Below, in pieces: positions 20,947 to 32,422 of a stretch of DNA of 64,000 bases. The notes under the pieces were generated by a model. That model was not told the origin of the DNA, searched no databases, and saw only the letters and a program-made list of their open reading frames with translations. A program made the position numbers and the translations under genes. This DNA comes from Verrucomicrobiota bacterium (GTDB taxonomy: Bacteria; Verrucomicrobiota; Verrucomicrobiia; Limisphaerales; Palsa-1400), in NCBI GenBank assembly GCA_049510745.1, contig JBEKYR010000006.1:1-64000 (forward strand), given 5' to 3'. The first letter of the stretch is position 1, and every line of letters starts with the position of its first letter.

Positions 20947-21654
20947 TCAGTGCAGCAGATCTATATGGGTCAATCCCACATTATCATAATTATACCCGTA
21001 CTTGGGAGGTGGACCGCCGTCTGTAAAAGCCAATAGGAGGAACTGGGCAAATTGGGAATGACCGTCCACAAACAAAAAGTCCAATCCTTTGCCGTGAGCG
21101 CTGGGTAATATTGGATTTGCATCGGCGTTCCAAAATTTTGAGCCGATGTAGGCAAAGCACGGGATGATGGTCTTCTGTACCGGATGAGTTACGTCCGACA
21201 CTTTTGGTGAGTCAGCGTAGAAATCTTCGTAATAATAATAGGAACATGGAAATAATAGTTGGTTAGTGTTGCCCACTCCAAGCGGTTTATAATCGATTAC
21301 AAATTGAAAATTCCAACCCTGGGGGCCATCCGCCGGACAGCGGAAGAAAGACCGGTTGTTCGTGCTGACGTAGGCATTTTCCAACGTTGGCAGACCCACC
21401 AGCGGCATTTCCGCCCAACCCTCTCCATTAGCAGGAAATTTATTCCGATTGTCGTTCGCATACATAGACATGACCACGCCCACTTGATGGAGATTGGAGA
21501 GGCAAGTGGTTTGCAAGGCCTTTTGCTTCGCTCTGGCCAGTACAGGCAAAAGTAACGCTGCTAGAATGGCGATGATCGCGATAACCACCAGCAATTCAAT
21601 TAAAGTAAAGCCACCGGGTTTTTCAGGACGGAAGCGCTTTTCACACCGCTTCAT
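20947..21654 (-). CDS. Prepilin-type N-terminal cleavage/methylation protein with H-X9-DG motif
   Basis: GFTLIELLVVIAIIAILAALLLP; C-terminal HGKGLDFLFVDGH. Confidence 0.9.
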   Translation of the reverse strand: MKRCEKRFRPEKPGGFTLIELLVVIAIIAILAALLLPVLARAKQKALQTTCLSNLHQVGVVMSMYANDNRNKFPANGEGWAEMPLVGLPTLENAYVSTNNRSFFRCPADGPQGWNFQFVIDYKPLGVGNTNQLLFPCSYYYYEDFYADSPKVSDVTHPVQKTIIPCFAYIGSKFWNADANPILPSAHGKGLDFLFVDGHSQFAQFLLLAFTDGGPPPKYGYNYDNVGLTHIDLLH

Positions 21655-21959
21655 AATTTTTCTTCATGCCGCCGCCAAATAATCTTGTCATCTGCTTGGA
21701 AACCCAAGGTCAGATTGCCAATGCTGATATTCAGGCCTTTGCTATTTATTGTATTGCAACGCGACGAAATAGCACTATGACAAACGTCATACCTTCAATG
21801 TAAGCCGCACATGGTGAGCCATTGGTCTGCCCTGCCCGCGGCCCTTGTTCCTGCGCGACGTCTCAGGTGTTTTCTTCCATGCCATGAACGCGATGAGCGC
21901 AAAAGACTGGCTAGCCAAATGCGAACCGGCTCATGGGCCGGTTGCCAAAGCGCAGGTGA

Positions 21960-22275
21960 GCCCCTTGCACCGCCCGTGGACGTCGCTTTTGCCTTCGATG
22001 TGGCGTTCCCCACCCTGGGTTGGCTTATTCCGCTGACCCTGTTCCGGAAGCCCGTTGAGAGAGTGCTGTTGCGAAAAGCGCGCTATGAGGTTGAAAACAA
22101 CCTAGTCCGTCTGGCCGCCGACTGGTGCGAGCGCGTTGGAATGGTCATTGAGGGGCTCCGCCGGCAAACCGAGGAGTATGCAAACAAGGAATTGGAGACA
22201 CTTGAACAAATGGTGGCGCACATCTCCTCCGATGCCTCGCACTTGCGCGACAAGTCGCGAAATTGGAACAATTGA
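21960..22275 (+). pseudogene. C-terminal fragment, probably of a dynamin-family protein
   Basis: PPVDVAFAFDVAFPTLGWLIPLTLFRKPVERVLLRKARYEVENNLVRLAADW recalled as a bacterial dynamin-like C-terminus; no GTPase domain present. Confidence 0.45.
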
Positions 22276-22521
22276 CAATCGCATGGTCTGGCCACAAAAC
22301 TTCAATGAAGCTCCGCGCCGGGATAGCCGACCAGATCGCGCACACTGATTCGTGTCAAACAAATGCCTTCAAATGCCAAAAATTCATAGGCGAAGGCTGA
22401 ACCTCTCATGTTTTATGAGAGAATTACAATTCGATTCCTTGCCGAAAACAACGCATTTTTTGCCACCATTTTGGCCCGAAATGACTATGCAATAAGTTAC
22501 GCAAGTCATTGGTAATGAAGA

Positions 22522-22597
22522 TGGTGGAGCCGAGGGGAGTCGAACCCCTGACCTTCTCATTGCGAACGAGACGCTCTACCAACTGAGCTACGACCCC
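22522..22597 (-). tRNA. tRNA-Ala(CGC)
   Basis: 76 nt GGGGTCG...CGGCTCCACCA with G3:U70, anticodon arm TCTCG-TTCGCAA-TGAGA, GGTTCGA T-loop and encoded CCA. Confidence 0.95.
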
Positions 22598-22685
22598 ATC
22601 AAACTGATTTTCAACACTTTACGAGATTTTTATTTATCTCACAAATTTTCCTTCTAACCCGCCTCCTAACCTGTATAATGCTCCC

Positions 22686-22811
22686 ATGCAAAAGGCACAT
22701 TACAAGTTAGGCTCGTTTTCACGAGTTGCCCAGCATCTTTACCGATACTCAGGCACGCGCAAATACTACGCCGTCTTCAAGTTTGGTGGCAAGACAAAAT
22801 GGATATCGCTC
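22686..22811 (+). pseudogene. Tyrosine integrase N-terminal stub
   Basis: FSRVAQHLYRYSGTRKYYAVFKFGGKTKWISL arm-binding-like segment, similar to the stub at 45159; divergent from the tRNA. Confidence 0.65.
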
Positions 22812-23303
22812 TCCCTCCGCCTCCCCAAGCACTTCCATCAACCCTTCTTTTCAACCTTCCCCAACCACCTTCCTATCGAGCTTGGCGTGGAGCTTGGCGC
22901 ATGAGGTTGGGGCTGTCTCAGCGTGAGAATTTGAGACTGAGACGGCCAAGGGCGGGCGCGCGCGGCAACGCTGGCACCGGCGGCGGCGCGGGCGGCGGCT
23001 GGTTGGGCTGGACTGGGCTGGGGTAGCGGGTGGGTGTCTGGAAGCGCTGGCAGAGGCGTGGACGGGTTTTTTGCCACCATCTCGATGCAGGTCAGGCTGG
23101 TGCTGGCGGGCTTGGAGAGAGATGGTGCCAGGCTTGATCGTCGCCGCGGTGCAGATGTTGCCTAAACGGATGAGGATGGCCAATGTGAAGAGCGGCCCCC
23201 CTGTTTCACCCAAATCAAAACCGGCAACAGCAACGTCAGCCCGCCCAAAGTGATCAGGAACGACCGATTGTAAAAGATGGGCACGGAGGGTTTTGGCATG
23301 GTT

Positions 23304-23815
23304 TTACGGCGCTGCGATGCGGTAGTATCGGCAAGGATAATTCGTCCACTTAAAATCACTGAAGTATATCGAGCCATTTGTAAGAGTGAGAGTTCGGAGC
23401 GAGGTCCAAACGGAATTTGCGAGATTAGTACAGGCTTCAACGACGATAGGGATATTGGTGGTTCCAGTGACGTTGAATCCAAAGTGATTATTGCTGACTC
23501 CAAAGCTCCCATCTGCAGTTTGGATTGCTGGATTCCATAGCATGGCTGGGCGGCCATCAAAAGACCCACTCCAACCTGTAGCCCCAGGGAGATAATAGAC
23601 TGTTGCGTTGTCGTCTTCAAACACGTTTAAATTTGTGGTGGGGGCATTACCGGTGAAATAAATGCTGGCCAACTCGGGGCATCCCTCGAACGCATATCTC
23701 CCGATATTGTTCACGCTGCTGGGAATTGTAATGCTGGTCAGGCTGGTACAGGCATCAAAGGCGTCTGGCCCGATGCTGGTGACGCCGCTACAAATTGTGG
23801 CGTTTGTCAGGCTAA
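23304..23815 (-). pseudogene. BspA-type leucine-rich-repeat surface protein, C-terminal fragment
   Basis: GVTSIGPDAFDACTSLTSITIPSSVNNIGRYAFEGC LRR_5 repeats, ends YYRIAAP; lacks the N-terminus and signal peptide. Confidence 0.8.
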
Positions 23816-24216
23816 CGGTGATGTTTGGGCAGGCTTGGATCCATGATGTCCCAGGGCTGTGCATTGCATACGAAGATGTCCACCGTGGGTGTGAACCAGC
23901 TTGGGTCGTGCAGACTGGAGGCCGTAATGCCAATGAAATCGCGCTCCGGGTTCTCAGCGCCGGTCAAGCGTGAGCCGCACTTAACGCAGAAGCCACGAAG
24001 ATTGTGGCGGCCGTTCAGCCTGGTCGCGGCATGATGTTGCAGCGCGCCTTTGGTAATCTTGAAGGCTTTCAGCGACACGGCCACTACTGGCGCATAAGGC
24101 CCGCCGCTCACTTGCTGGCAATCGCGGCAATGGCATTTGAACATCATCAACGGCTCGGCACCACACTCGTAGCGGACTTCTCCACAAACACAGCCTCCGG
24201 TAAATGGGAGATTCAC
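23812..24216 (-). CDS. GFA/CENP-V family protein (last residues possibly lost)
   Basis: GGCVCGEVRY, CHCRDCQ, FCVKCGS zinc motifs; GTG start inferred. Confidence 0.8.
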   Translation of the reverse strand: MNLPFTGGCVCGEVRYECGAEPLMMFKCHCRDCQQVSGGPYAPVVAVSLKAFKITKGALQHHAATRLNGRHNLRGFCVKCGSRLTGAENPERDFIGITASSLHDPSWFTPTVDIFVCNAQPWDIMDPSLPKHHR

Positions 24217-24231
24217 GGCAACCAGCTTACC

Positions 24232-24428
24232 ATATCTTGAGCATCCCCTATCCTGCTGAGACCGATCCAACTGAAACGCGACGCGATAAGGTGGATTATT
24301 TTGTCAGCGAAGCGATCCGCCGTTTCGAACAGGCCCATTTTGCCTGGCTTCATTTAAATGGATTCTACTGGCTGGACGAGAGCATCTCTGGCCGCAACTT
24401 GAGCTTGGTCAAAGCAGTGGCCAAATGA
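24232..24428 (+). pseudogene. Internal shard of a DUF4855-like protein
   Basis: ILSIPYP...VDYFVSEAIRRFEQAHFAWLHLNGFYWLDE. Confidence 0.5.
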
Positions 24429-24830
24429 GACCGTTCATGATATTTGATGGCTGACGAATCGTGCTAAATGAGGGGGTGGATTTATCCCTTTGAGCTCGCC
24501 CCCGCATGAGTTTGCTGGCACTCGGATCTCTTCCCTGCATTGTCGCACCCTCCGCTGGAGACATCAACCACCGAGGGTGGTGCATTGTGCCAATGAACCT
24601 TTCGCTTTTTCACACGCAAAACAGCCCTTTTTCCGGATTGCATAACCACCATAATCACAACGATTGACACGGAGGTTCATTGGAAGCACAGGGCGTGTTT
24701 CCCGTTTCCGTTTCCTGGTGGTTATAGTACTGGGGAATGGGGAAAGTCTGATTTTTTAATGAACGGCGGCGAACGAGTGTGCTGGGGTAGTTGGCGGCGA
24801 CTGTGGCGAAGTTGCCTTTCTCTCGAGCGG

Positions 24831-27800
24831 CTAAGGCGAGCGGACCGTGTAGAAACTTTGCGGAGCGTTGAAGGGTGGTTGCACAGTGAACTGGAACTGG
24901 CCAGCGCCCATGTTCGAGGCTGAACCGACCACTCTCCAGTTGTTGAGCGGCAATGAGAGGTTGGTGGCGGAGAGAACGGTGAAGATCCCGCTCGGATTGT
25001 TGGTGAAGGAAAACTGCAAAACGCCGTTGCCCAACTCCTGCGCGACGGTTAGCGTCGGCGGCGTGCCGATCACTCCTTGGGTAATAGGAATGCTTTGGCC
25101 AAGTAAGGTGATATTGGCCGTGCGGGCCGGGCCACTATTGGCGGTGAAGGAAAAGCGCACCACGCCGTTGGTGATGGCGCCGATGGTCAGCCACGATTGC
25201 GAACTAGTGGGAGCAAACGGGGGCAGCAAATTCTCCGTCGTGGGCAATACCACTGGCAAAGCATCGTTGCCGGCGGCCAGAGGTTCCAACTTGGGGGTCG
25301 GGTCCACAAAGGCATAAGGAAGTTCTTTGATCGCGTTGTGGTTGCTGTCGGCGATATAGACATTGCCCGCGCCGTCCACCGCCACGCCATAGGGTCTGCT
25401 CAACCCCGAGGACACCAATGTGGTCACATTGCTGTTAGCCGCCATCCACTCTTTGATCGCGCTGTCGTAGGTGTCAGCGATGTAAACATTGCCCGCGCCA
25501 TCTACGGCCACGTCAAAGGGACGGCTCAACCCTGAGGACACCAATGTAGCTACAGTGTTCTTAGCCGCCGTCCACTGCTTGATCGCGTTGTGGTAGGTGT
25601 CGGCGATATAGACATTGCCCGCGCCGTCCACCGCCGCACCAGAGGGATCAGACAACCCCGAGGATACCAATGTCGTCACAGCGTTCTTAGCCGCCGTCCA
25701 CTGCTTGATCGCATTGTGGTAGGTGTCGGCGATATAGACATTGCCCGCGCCATCTACGGCCACGCCAGCGGGCTCAGACAACCCCGAGGATACCAATGTG
25801 GTCACATTGCTGTTAGCCGCCATCCACTCTTTGATCGCGTTGTTCCCGCTGTCCGCGATGTAAACATTGCCCGCGCCGTCCACCGCCACGCTTTGGGGGA
25901 GGCTCAGGTTTGAGGACACCAATGGGGTCACGGTGTTGTTGGCAACAGTCCATCTCTTGATCGCGTTGTGGCCGGTGTCCGCGATGTAAACATTGCCCGC
26001 ACCATCCACTGCCAAACCTTGGGCTTGGGCCAGTCCCGAGGACACCAATGGGGTCACTGGCCCAGCCGCGACATAAGTTGAACCGGCTTGGGTGACAGTG
26101 AGCGTCTGGCCGGCGATGGTGAGGGTGCCGGAGCGCGTCGCGCCCGGATTGGCATCGTAACTGAAAACGACATTCGTGCTGCCTGTGCCGCTTTGCATCG
26201 CTTGGCTAAGATGCAACCAGGCGGCATTGGTTGTGGCCATCCAGGCGGCGATTTTTGGTGCCACAGCCAGAACGACGCTATTGCTTCCGGCAGCCGGCCC
26301 CTCCAAAAGCGCGGTTGTGCCAAGGGAATAGCTTAAACCGCCCTGCGTGACGGGAATGGTTTGGCCGAGCAAAGCAATGTGTGCGATGCGGCTGGAACCG
26401 AGATTGGCGGCAAACGAAAAATCCACGACGCCGTTGGTGACATCGCTAATCGTCAGCCAAGGTTGGTCACTGGTGGGAGTGAACGGGGCGAGCAGATTTT
26501 CGGTGGCAGGCAATACTATTAACGTATCGTTGCCGGCGTTCGCACTTTCTAATTTGGGGCTGGGATTCACGAACGCATAGGGCATTTCTTTGATGACGTT
26601 GTTGCCAGTGTCGGCGAGATAGACATTTCCCGCCCCGTCCACCGCCACGCCAGAAGGGCTGTTGAAGCCTGATCCGATCTCAGTCAGGGTGTTGCTGGCC
26701 GCGGTCCACTTTAAGATCGTGTTGCTAGCGGTGTTGGCAATATAGACATTGCCCGCGCCATCCACGGCCACACCCGAAGGGCCGTTTAACCCCGATGCCA
26801 AGGTAGTCAAGTTGCTGCTCGCCGCCACCCATTTCCTAATGACGTTGTTGCTGCTGTCGGCGATATAGACATTTTCCGCCACGTCCACCGCCACGCCCGA
26901 AGGGCCGCTCAAACCCTGTGCCAAAATGATCACGTTGCTGCCGGCCGCCATCCACTTCTTAATCGCGTTGTTGAAAGTGTCTGCAATGTAAACATTGCCC
27001 GCGCCATCCACTGCCACGCTCCCAGGCTGGATCAGACCCGAAGAGACCACTATATTCAGCGTTGAATTTGACGGGGTCCATTCCTTGATCGCGTTGTCAC
27101 CTGTGTCCGCAATGTAAAGATTGTCGAAACTGTCAACCGCAAGCCCACGAGGCTGGCTCAAGCCGGAAGAGACGAGGGTGGCCACGCTGTTGCTGGCCGC
27201 CACCCACTCTTTGATCGCGTTATTTCCGGTGTCGGCGAAAAAGACATTCCCGTTGGTATCCGTTGCCACGGCAGAAGGACCGGAAAGCCCCGGAGATACC
27301 AAGGTAATCAACGGTTGGGCTGCTACGTAATTTGATCCCGCCTGAGTTACAGTAAGGCTCTGACCGCCAATCGTAAGGGTGCCGGAACGAGTCGGTCCCG
27401 TGTTGGCGTCGAAACTGAAAACAACGTTCGTGCTGCCCGTCCCGCCCTGGTCTCCAGGACTCATGTGCAACCACGTTGCGTTGTTGGTAGCGGTCCAAAC
27501 GCCGAAGTTGGGAACTACCGACAGGACCACACTAGCACTGCCCGCACCTGGGCCTTCCAATGCCAATGATCTACCAAGGGAAAAAACAGGGCCGCTCTGA
27601 ACGATTGTAATGGACTGTCCGAGCAAACTGATATGACCCGTGCGGGTGGGGCTTGTAAAATTTGTGCTAAAAGAGAACATTACCACACCATTGGAAACGC
27701 CCGTAATTGTCAGCCACTGCTGGTCGCTGGATGGCGCCAGAGGAGGAAGAAGGTTTTGCGTCGCAGGCACGACTGCCAGTAACGAATCTGTGCCGGCAGT

Positions 27801-30314
27801 CAGAGGCTCAAACCTTGAAGTTGGGTCCACGAAGGCGTGTGGGATCTCCATTATTGTGCCATTTTCCGAGGCGCTGAAATAAACGTTGCCAGCCAAGTCC
27901 ACGGCTGTGCCGCGCGGACTGCCCCCCGGCCAATACCAAAGGGTCGTTAGCGCATTGTTCGCTAAGGACCACTCCAAGACGTCATTGAACCAGGCATCGG
28001 ACACGTAAACATTACCGGAACCGTCCAAAGCCAGCCCACTGGGCTCATCAAAGCCGTATGGACTCGGGGTCGCCAAAGTCGTTACTGCATCGCTTGGCAG
28101 ATTCAACTGGGCCAGCGAATAGGGAATGGTGAAGTAAAAATTATTGCCGGCTCCATCCACGGCGAGACCCTCACCGGGCTCTGCATCTGACAACAGCGTC
28201 GTGATGTTCCCGCTGGCTGGGTCGAGTTCTTCGATCGAGGCGTCGTTGAAATAGATTGTGCCCGATTGATCGAGCGCGATGTAGCCCGGCGTGGCATCCG
28301 GGGCCAAGATGGCCAACGGGCTCAGGCTTCCAGTGGCCGCACTGTATTTCCGGATTACATTGCTACCGGAGCTCCCATTATAGGTAGTGCCGTTGTCGGT
28401 AATGTAGATGTTGCCCGCGCTGTCCAGCGCCAGGTCACTCGGATTGTTTAGGCCAGAAGAGATCAATGTAGTGACCGTATTGGTTGCTGGCGACCAGACC
28501 TTAACTTGGCCACTGTCGAGGATAAATAGGTCGCCCGAAGAATCGACCGCGAGGGCGCCCGGAGAAGTTAGTTCAGAATTCACCACCGGTATCAGTGCCG
28601 CGGGCTGCGCCGCAACATAATTCGCCCCGGCTTGAGTAACTGTAACTGTTTGGCCAACGATAGTAAGGCTTCCCGAGCGCGTGCTGCCCGGGTTCGCATC
28701 GAAAGTGAAAACCACATTGGTGCAGCCGATCCCGGCCTGGTTTGCCGGAGTTAAATGCAACCAGGAAGAGTTTGCAGTGGCGGTCCAAGTGCTGGAATAG
28801 GGGTATACGGACAGGATGACGCTGTCGGCACCCGCGCCTGGGCCTTCCAACAAGGAGGTTGTTCCGATCGTTTGGCTCGGAGCGCGCTGGGTAACCGGAA
28901 AGTTCTTCCCGAGCCAACTGATCAACCCCGTGCGAGTGGATGTAGCGGCCGTAAAGGCAAAGTAAACGATACCATTTGTTACGCCGCTAATTGTAAGCCA
29001 CGGCTCGTTGCTAATGGGACCGGGCAAGCTCTGCGCTGAAGTGGGCGCAGGCAAGACAGCAGGCAGCGAGTCTACACCCGCGGCCAAACCTTCAACCTTA
29101 GGGGTCCAATCCGCCAGAAAAGGCAAAAACTCTTCGACAACGTTGATTGTACTTTCGGCGACAAACAGATTACGCTGTTGGTCCACCGCCAATCCTGCAG
29201 GCCCACCTAACCCAGTCAACGGCGGGTTGAGAGCATCCGCAAAACTTCCTCCGGAAGGGCACAATTCGTATATCCCGCTACCATCTGCGATATAGGCGTT
29301 GCCGGACCCATCCACTGCAACCGATTCCGGATCGTAAAACGTACTTGTACCAGGCATCGATAAGTCCGTATTTGTTCCTGTCCACACCTTAAAAGTGTCG
29401 TTGCATGTGTCGTTGAAGTAGATGTTGCCGGCAATATCCACCGCCAATGCCGGCGCCGAACAAACGTATTCTCCTTGCGCCAGCACAACAAGGTTGCTGT
29501 TGGCGACGGTCCATTCGTCGATAGCTGCGTGGCCGCTGTCGCTTATGTAAACGTTGCCCTCACAATCCAACGCCACATCAGTCGGGGTCAGCAAACCCGA
29601 AGAGACGAGCGTTATAACGTTCGAGGTCATTGCGACCCACTCCTTGATCGCATTGTTGTCGGTGTCAGCGATATAAACATTGCCGGCGGCATCGACCGCC
29701 ACACCCAAGGGATTATTCAATCCCGTAGAAGCCAAAGTGCGGACGAGGTGATTGGTCGCCGTACATTCTTTAATTGCGTTGTTTGCGGTATCAGCAATGT
29801 AAAGATTGCCTTGTCCGTCGAGGGCGAGGCCGTGCGGTTGAGAGAGGCCTGAAGATACCACGGTGCTGAGAACATTATCGAGACTATACGTTGAACCTGC
29901 TTGAGTGATGGTAAGTGTCTGTCCTCCGATGGTTAGGGTGGAAGACCGCGTCGCACCCGAGTTTGCATCGAAGCTGAAAACAATGTTCGCGCTCCCAGTG
30001 CCGCTTTGATACGCGACAGTCAGATGCAGCCAGGTTGCGTTTGTAGCAGCCGTCCAGGACGCGGTTGAGGGCGTCACCGCCACTATCACGCTATCGGCGC
30101 CCGCACTTGGCCCTTCCACCAGGTTCGTCTGGCCAAGGGTGTAGGAGGCATTCTGAGCATGGGCGGGAGTAATCGTAAGCAACCCCACGATGATGAGCAG
30201 CGTTCCGTACCATAAGGCGGAGTGATTTGTCGAAGGGCAAACTGGCGCTAAACGGACCACTTTCTCAGGAAAGAAGCTTTCCATAACAACGACTATTGAA
30301 TAGATATTTCCCAT
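24831..30314 (-). CDS. Large secreted protein with four BACON + NHL beta-propeller modules and the shared C-terminal domain
   Basis: Signal-like LLIIVGLLTITPAHA; repeats PxGVAVDGAGNVYIADTxNNAIKEW; BACON-like WTAxxNAxWLHL...RSGTLTIAGQ; ends FYTVRSP; start may be 30284. Confidence 0.9.
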   Translation of the reverse strand: MGNIYSIVVVMESFFPEKVVRLAPVCPSTNHSALWYGTLLIIVGLLTITPAHAQNASYTLGQTNLVEGPSAGADSVIVAVTPSTASWTAATNATWLHLTVAYQSGTGSANIVFSFDANSGATRSSTLTIGGQTLTITQAGSTYSLDNVLSTVVSSGLSQPHGLALDGQGNLYIADTANNAIKECTATNHLVRTLASTGLNNPLGVAVDAAGNVYIADTDNNAIKEWVAMTSNVITLVSSGLLTPTDVALDCEGNVYISDSGHAAIDEWTVANSNLVVLAQGEYVCSAPALAVDIAGNIYFNDTCNDTFKVWTGTNTDLSMPGTSTFYDPESVAVDGSGNAYIADGSGIYELCPSGGSFADALNPPLTGLGGPAGLAVDQQRNLFVAESTINVVEEFLPFLADWTPKVEGLAAGVDSLPAVLPAPTSAQSLPGPISNEPWLTISGVTNGIVYFAFTAATSTRTGLISWLGKNFPVTQRAPSQTIGTTSLLEGPGAGADSVILSVYPYSSTWTATANSSWLHLTPANQAGIGCTNVVFTFDANPGSTRSGSLTIVGQTVTVTQAGANYVAAQPAALIPVVNSELTSPGALAVDSSGDLFILDSGQVKVWSPATNTVTTLISSGLNNPSDLALDSAGNIYITDNGTTYNGSSGSNVIRKYSAATGSLSPLAILAPDATPGYIALDQSGTIYFNDASIEELDPASGNITTLLSDAEPGEGLAVDGAGNNFYFTIPYSLAQLNLPSDAVTTLATPSPYGFDEPSGLALDGSGNVYVSDAWFNDVLEWSLANNALTTLWYWPGGSPRGTAVDLAGNVYFSASENGTIMEIPHAFVDPTSRFEPLTAGTDSLLAVVPATQNLLPPLAPSSDQQWLTITGVSNGVVMFSFSTNFTSPTRTGHISLLGQSITIVQSGPVFSLGRSLALEGPGAGSASVVLSVVPNFGVWTATNNATWLHMSPGDQGGTGSTNVVFSFDANTGPTRSGTLTIGGQSLTVTQAGSNYVAAQPLITLVSPGLSGPSAVATDTNGNVFFADTGNNAIKEWVAASNSVATLVSSGLSQPRGLAVDSFDNLYIADTGDNAIKEWTPSNSTLNIVVSSGLIQPGSVAVDGAGNVYIADTFNNAIKKWMAAGSNVIILAQGLSGPSGVAVDVAENVYIADSSNNVIRKWVAASSNLTTLASGLNGPSGVAVDGAGNVYIANTASNTILKWTAASNTLTEIGSGFNSPSGVAVDGAGNVYLADTGNNVIKEMPYAFVNPSPKLESANAGNDTLIVLPATENLLAPFTPTSDQPWLTISDVTNGVVDFSFAANLGSSRIAHIALLGQTIPVTQGGLSYSLGTTALLEGPAAGSNSVVLAVAPKIAAWMATTNAAWLHLSQAMQSGTGSTNVVFSYDANPGATRSGTLTIAGQTLTVTQAGSTYVAAGPVTPLVSSGLAQAQGLAVDGAGNVYIADTGHNAIKRWTVANNTVTPLVSSNLSLPQSVAVDGAGNVYIADSGNNAIKEWMAANSNVTTLVSSGLSEPAGVAVDGAGNVYIADTYHNAIKQWTAAKNAVTTLVSSGLSDPSGAAVDGAGNVYIADTYHNAIKQWTAAKNTVATLVSSGLSRPFDVAVDGAGNVYIADTYDSAIKEWMAANSNVTTLVSSGLSRPYGVAVDGAGNVYIADSNHNAIKELPYAFVDPTPKLEPLAAGNDALPVVLPTTENLLPPFAPTSSQSWLTIGAITNGVVRFSFTANSGPARTANITLLGQSIPITQGVIGTPPTLTVAQELGNGVLQFSFTNNPSGIFTVLSATNLSLPLNNWRVVGSASNMGAGQFQFTVQPPFNAPQSFYTVRSP

Positions 30315-30950
30315 TTACAAGTCTTTTTCCCAATCTTTTTTCCAATCCGACCCCGGTTTTCTTTGGCGAAAGGACCGTTTCGTTGACACTTGTGCCTTTT
30401 CACACGCTCTTCCACCTCACGCGCAGACAACCGCCCAAACGGACGCAGGCGGCCAATGGCGCAGTGGCGCGCAAAGGCAAGGCAAATTCGCGGCAAGTCC
30501 AGCCCGGTCAAGAAAGCTTGACATGTTCGCCGTCACCCCTCGTTTAAACGTTTGCCCTTGCGCTTTTGTTCGATTCTGGCCTATTGGCAGCGTTGAAAAG
30601 CGAAGATTTATGCTGGTTCCCGGCCATCCCGGCCAAAGTCTGATGAGATCACGGCTTTTGACCAATTCTGACCCGACAAATATATGATAACCAAGCATTT
30701 ACACACCTTTAATCATATAATTGCTGGCGATTGGTGCGAGAAAACGAGGAGAACACCATATATGCTACCACCTCCAGCTTCCTTGGTGTGAATGCGTCCT
30801 GCTCAAAAAAGCAGTCCCCACGCCCCTTCCAACCAAAAACTCCGTTGAAGACTCCCAGCAGCCGTTATCGTTACCGGCATCTGACCTTGGTGAACCTGAT
30901 TGATTTAGTCTCAAAGTCTCAAGGTCTCACCTGTTTTTTACAGGTCTGAT

Positions 30951-31026
30951 ATGGTTTCAAGGGTTTTCAGTGGTTTCAACTGGTTTCGAGGGTTTTCAAG
31001 GGTTTTCAAGGGTCTCATGGTCTCAA
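30951..31026. repeat. Degenerate 10-bp tandem repeat (GGTTT(T)CAAG-like)
   Basis: atggtttcaa gggttttcag tggtttcaac tggtttcgag ggttttcaag ggttttcaag ggtctcatgg; further GTCTCA copies at 30908-30929. Confidence 0.75.
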
Positions 31027-31138
31027 TTGCTGATTCGGAGATCAACTTGCAGACCGATCCAAGGAACAAAGGTCGAATGCTTCAGGGGTTGACTTCGTCT
31101 GTATACCGTGGCTGAGTTAACACCAAAGTCATCTTGCA

Positions 31139-31737
31139 ATGAAAAGGCATATACTATTACTAGCCCTTTCGGCGTGTTTCAATCTCAACGCAGCAGAAAC
31201 ATCAACCAATCTGTTGTCCATCTCCCTGGTGGATGACAAGGTGTTTCTCTCACGGATGCCGGTCAAGACAACCAATGCCAGCGACATGAAAATCATCTAC
31301 CCGTCTGTGCTGGCCGATAAGGATTTTGTGGCCGTTGACACAGCGAACCAGACCTTTACAATCACCCCTGAAGCTGCAAAGCGACTGGCCGGCGCGATTT
31401 GGTCGTTGGGGAAAAATATGCCCCTGGATGGTCAGCTTCTCCCTACGTCTATTGGAACGGCACTTACGACATAGTCCCGATGCCCGTTCCATTTGTGCTC
31501 CAAGTTTCTGGCGCGACGATCTGCAATGGTATGTTCAGCCCCCTCACCTCTTCCGATTCTTACTCCGTACCAGTCATGCTTCCCGACCAGATGTTCATAA
31601 GCACCAATTTGGCCACCAACGTAAGCTTTTCCCGTCATCCAAGTTATCCTGCTCTATTCTCCAAGAGTGGCCAGCCGTCAGTTGATAGCCGACTCGTTTC
31701 CGCTCTCCAAAAGTTGTTTGGGCATGAAAAGCAGTGA
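31139..31737 (+). pseudogene. Secreted hypothetical protein split by a frameshift
   Basis: Signal-peptide ORF 31139-31474 appears to continue in the -1 frame (31399-31737) across the GGGGAAAAA run at 31408-31416. Confidence 0.55.
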
Positions 31738-32061
31738 GAAAGGGAGGCGATCTGGGGCATTCAGATTCGGAAATATGGCCGCAATCCTTCGGACTTCGAC
31801 CTGGTCCAATTAGCCAAGGTCACGGATGGGTTGACGGGAAGCGAGATCGAGAGCGTGTTCACCGATTCGTTGTTTTTGGCCTTTGATCTTGATCGGGAGC
31901 CTACAGATTTGGACGTGGCACAGATTTTGACCAAATTTGTGCCGTTGTCCAAACTGATGGCTGAACAGATTACCGGTTTGAGGAATTGGGCAAAGGGAAG
32001 GGCGAGAATGGCCACGTCTTTGAGGGAGGAGGGTGGTGGTTTGAAAAGGATCGCGGCTTGA
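31737..32061 (+). pseudogene. AAA ATPase (Ycf46-like) C-terminal fragment
   Basis: REAIWGIQIRKYGR...LAKVTDGLTGSEIE...VPLSKLMAEQITGLRNWAKGRARMAT lid region; no Walker motifs. Confidence 0.7.
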
Positions 32062-32067
32062 TCTGGG

Positions 32068-32105
32068 AAAGAGGGAGTTCGCCTTTGGGCGGGATCCTTT
32101 TCTTT
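32068..32105 (+). terminator. Putative intrinsic terminator
   Basis: aaagagggagttcgcc-ttt-gggcgggatccttttcttt imperfect hairpin with T run after the stop. Confidence 0.45.
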
Positions 32106-32422
32106 AGCTGTCAGGGGCTGTTTTGGAAAGGTGGGAACGGTTCTTGAGACGGCTTCATAAATGCCCGAACGGTTTACTCAGTAGGTGCTTTGGCACCGTC
32201 TCTCAGACTCACCGTATATTGGCCAACTGGCGGACAAAAATGGTGGGTTGACGGGATTTTGAAATTGGGAACAAAATTCAAAGTGAGATGGAAGTCTTCA
32301 ACCAATCTGGTTTGCAAAGCGCAGCCCCGGCAGCAAACGAGGATTCCCAGGATCACAACTTTTCTGGCCTTAAATCCAACACGGCTGTTCCCGAGCGCCT
32401 CCAACAGATCAAAAGGAAAATA

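Noticed and set aside
25330..26060. Near-identical 126-bp repeats as CRISPR or DGR template/variable repeats
   Set aside because: They are in-frame NHL coding repeats, and there is no reverse transcriptase in the window
31405..31420. Programmed -1 frameshift at GGGGAAAAA
   Set aside because: The run is not in canonical X XXY YYZ phase with the upstream ORF; a homopolymer indel or sequencing error is more likely
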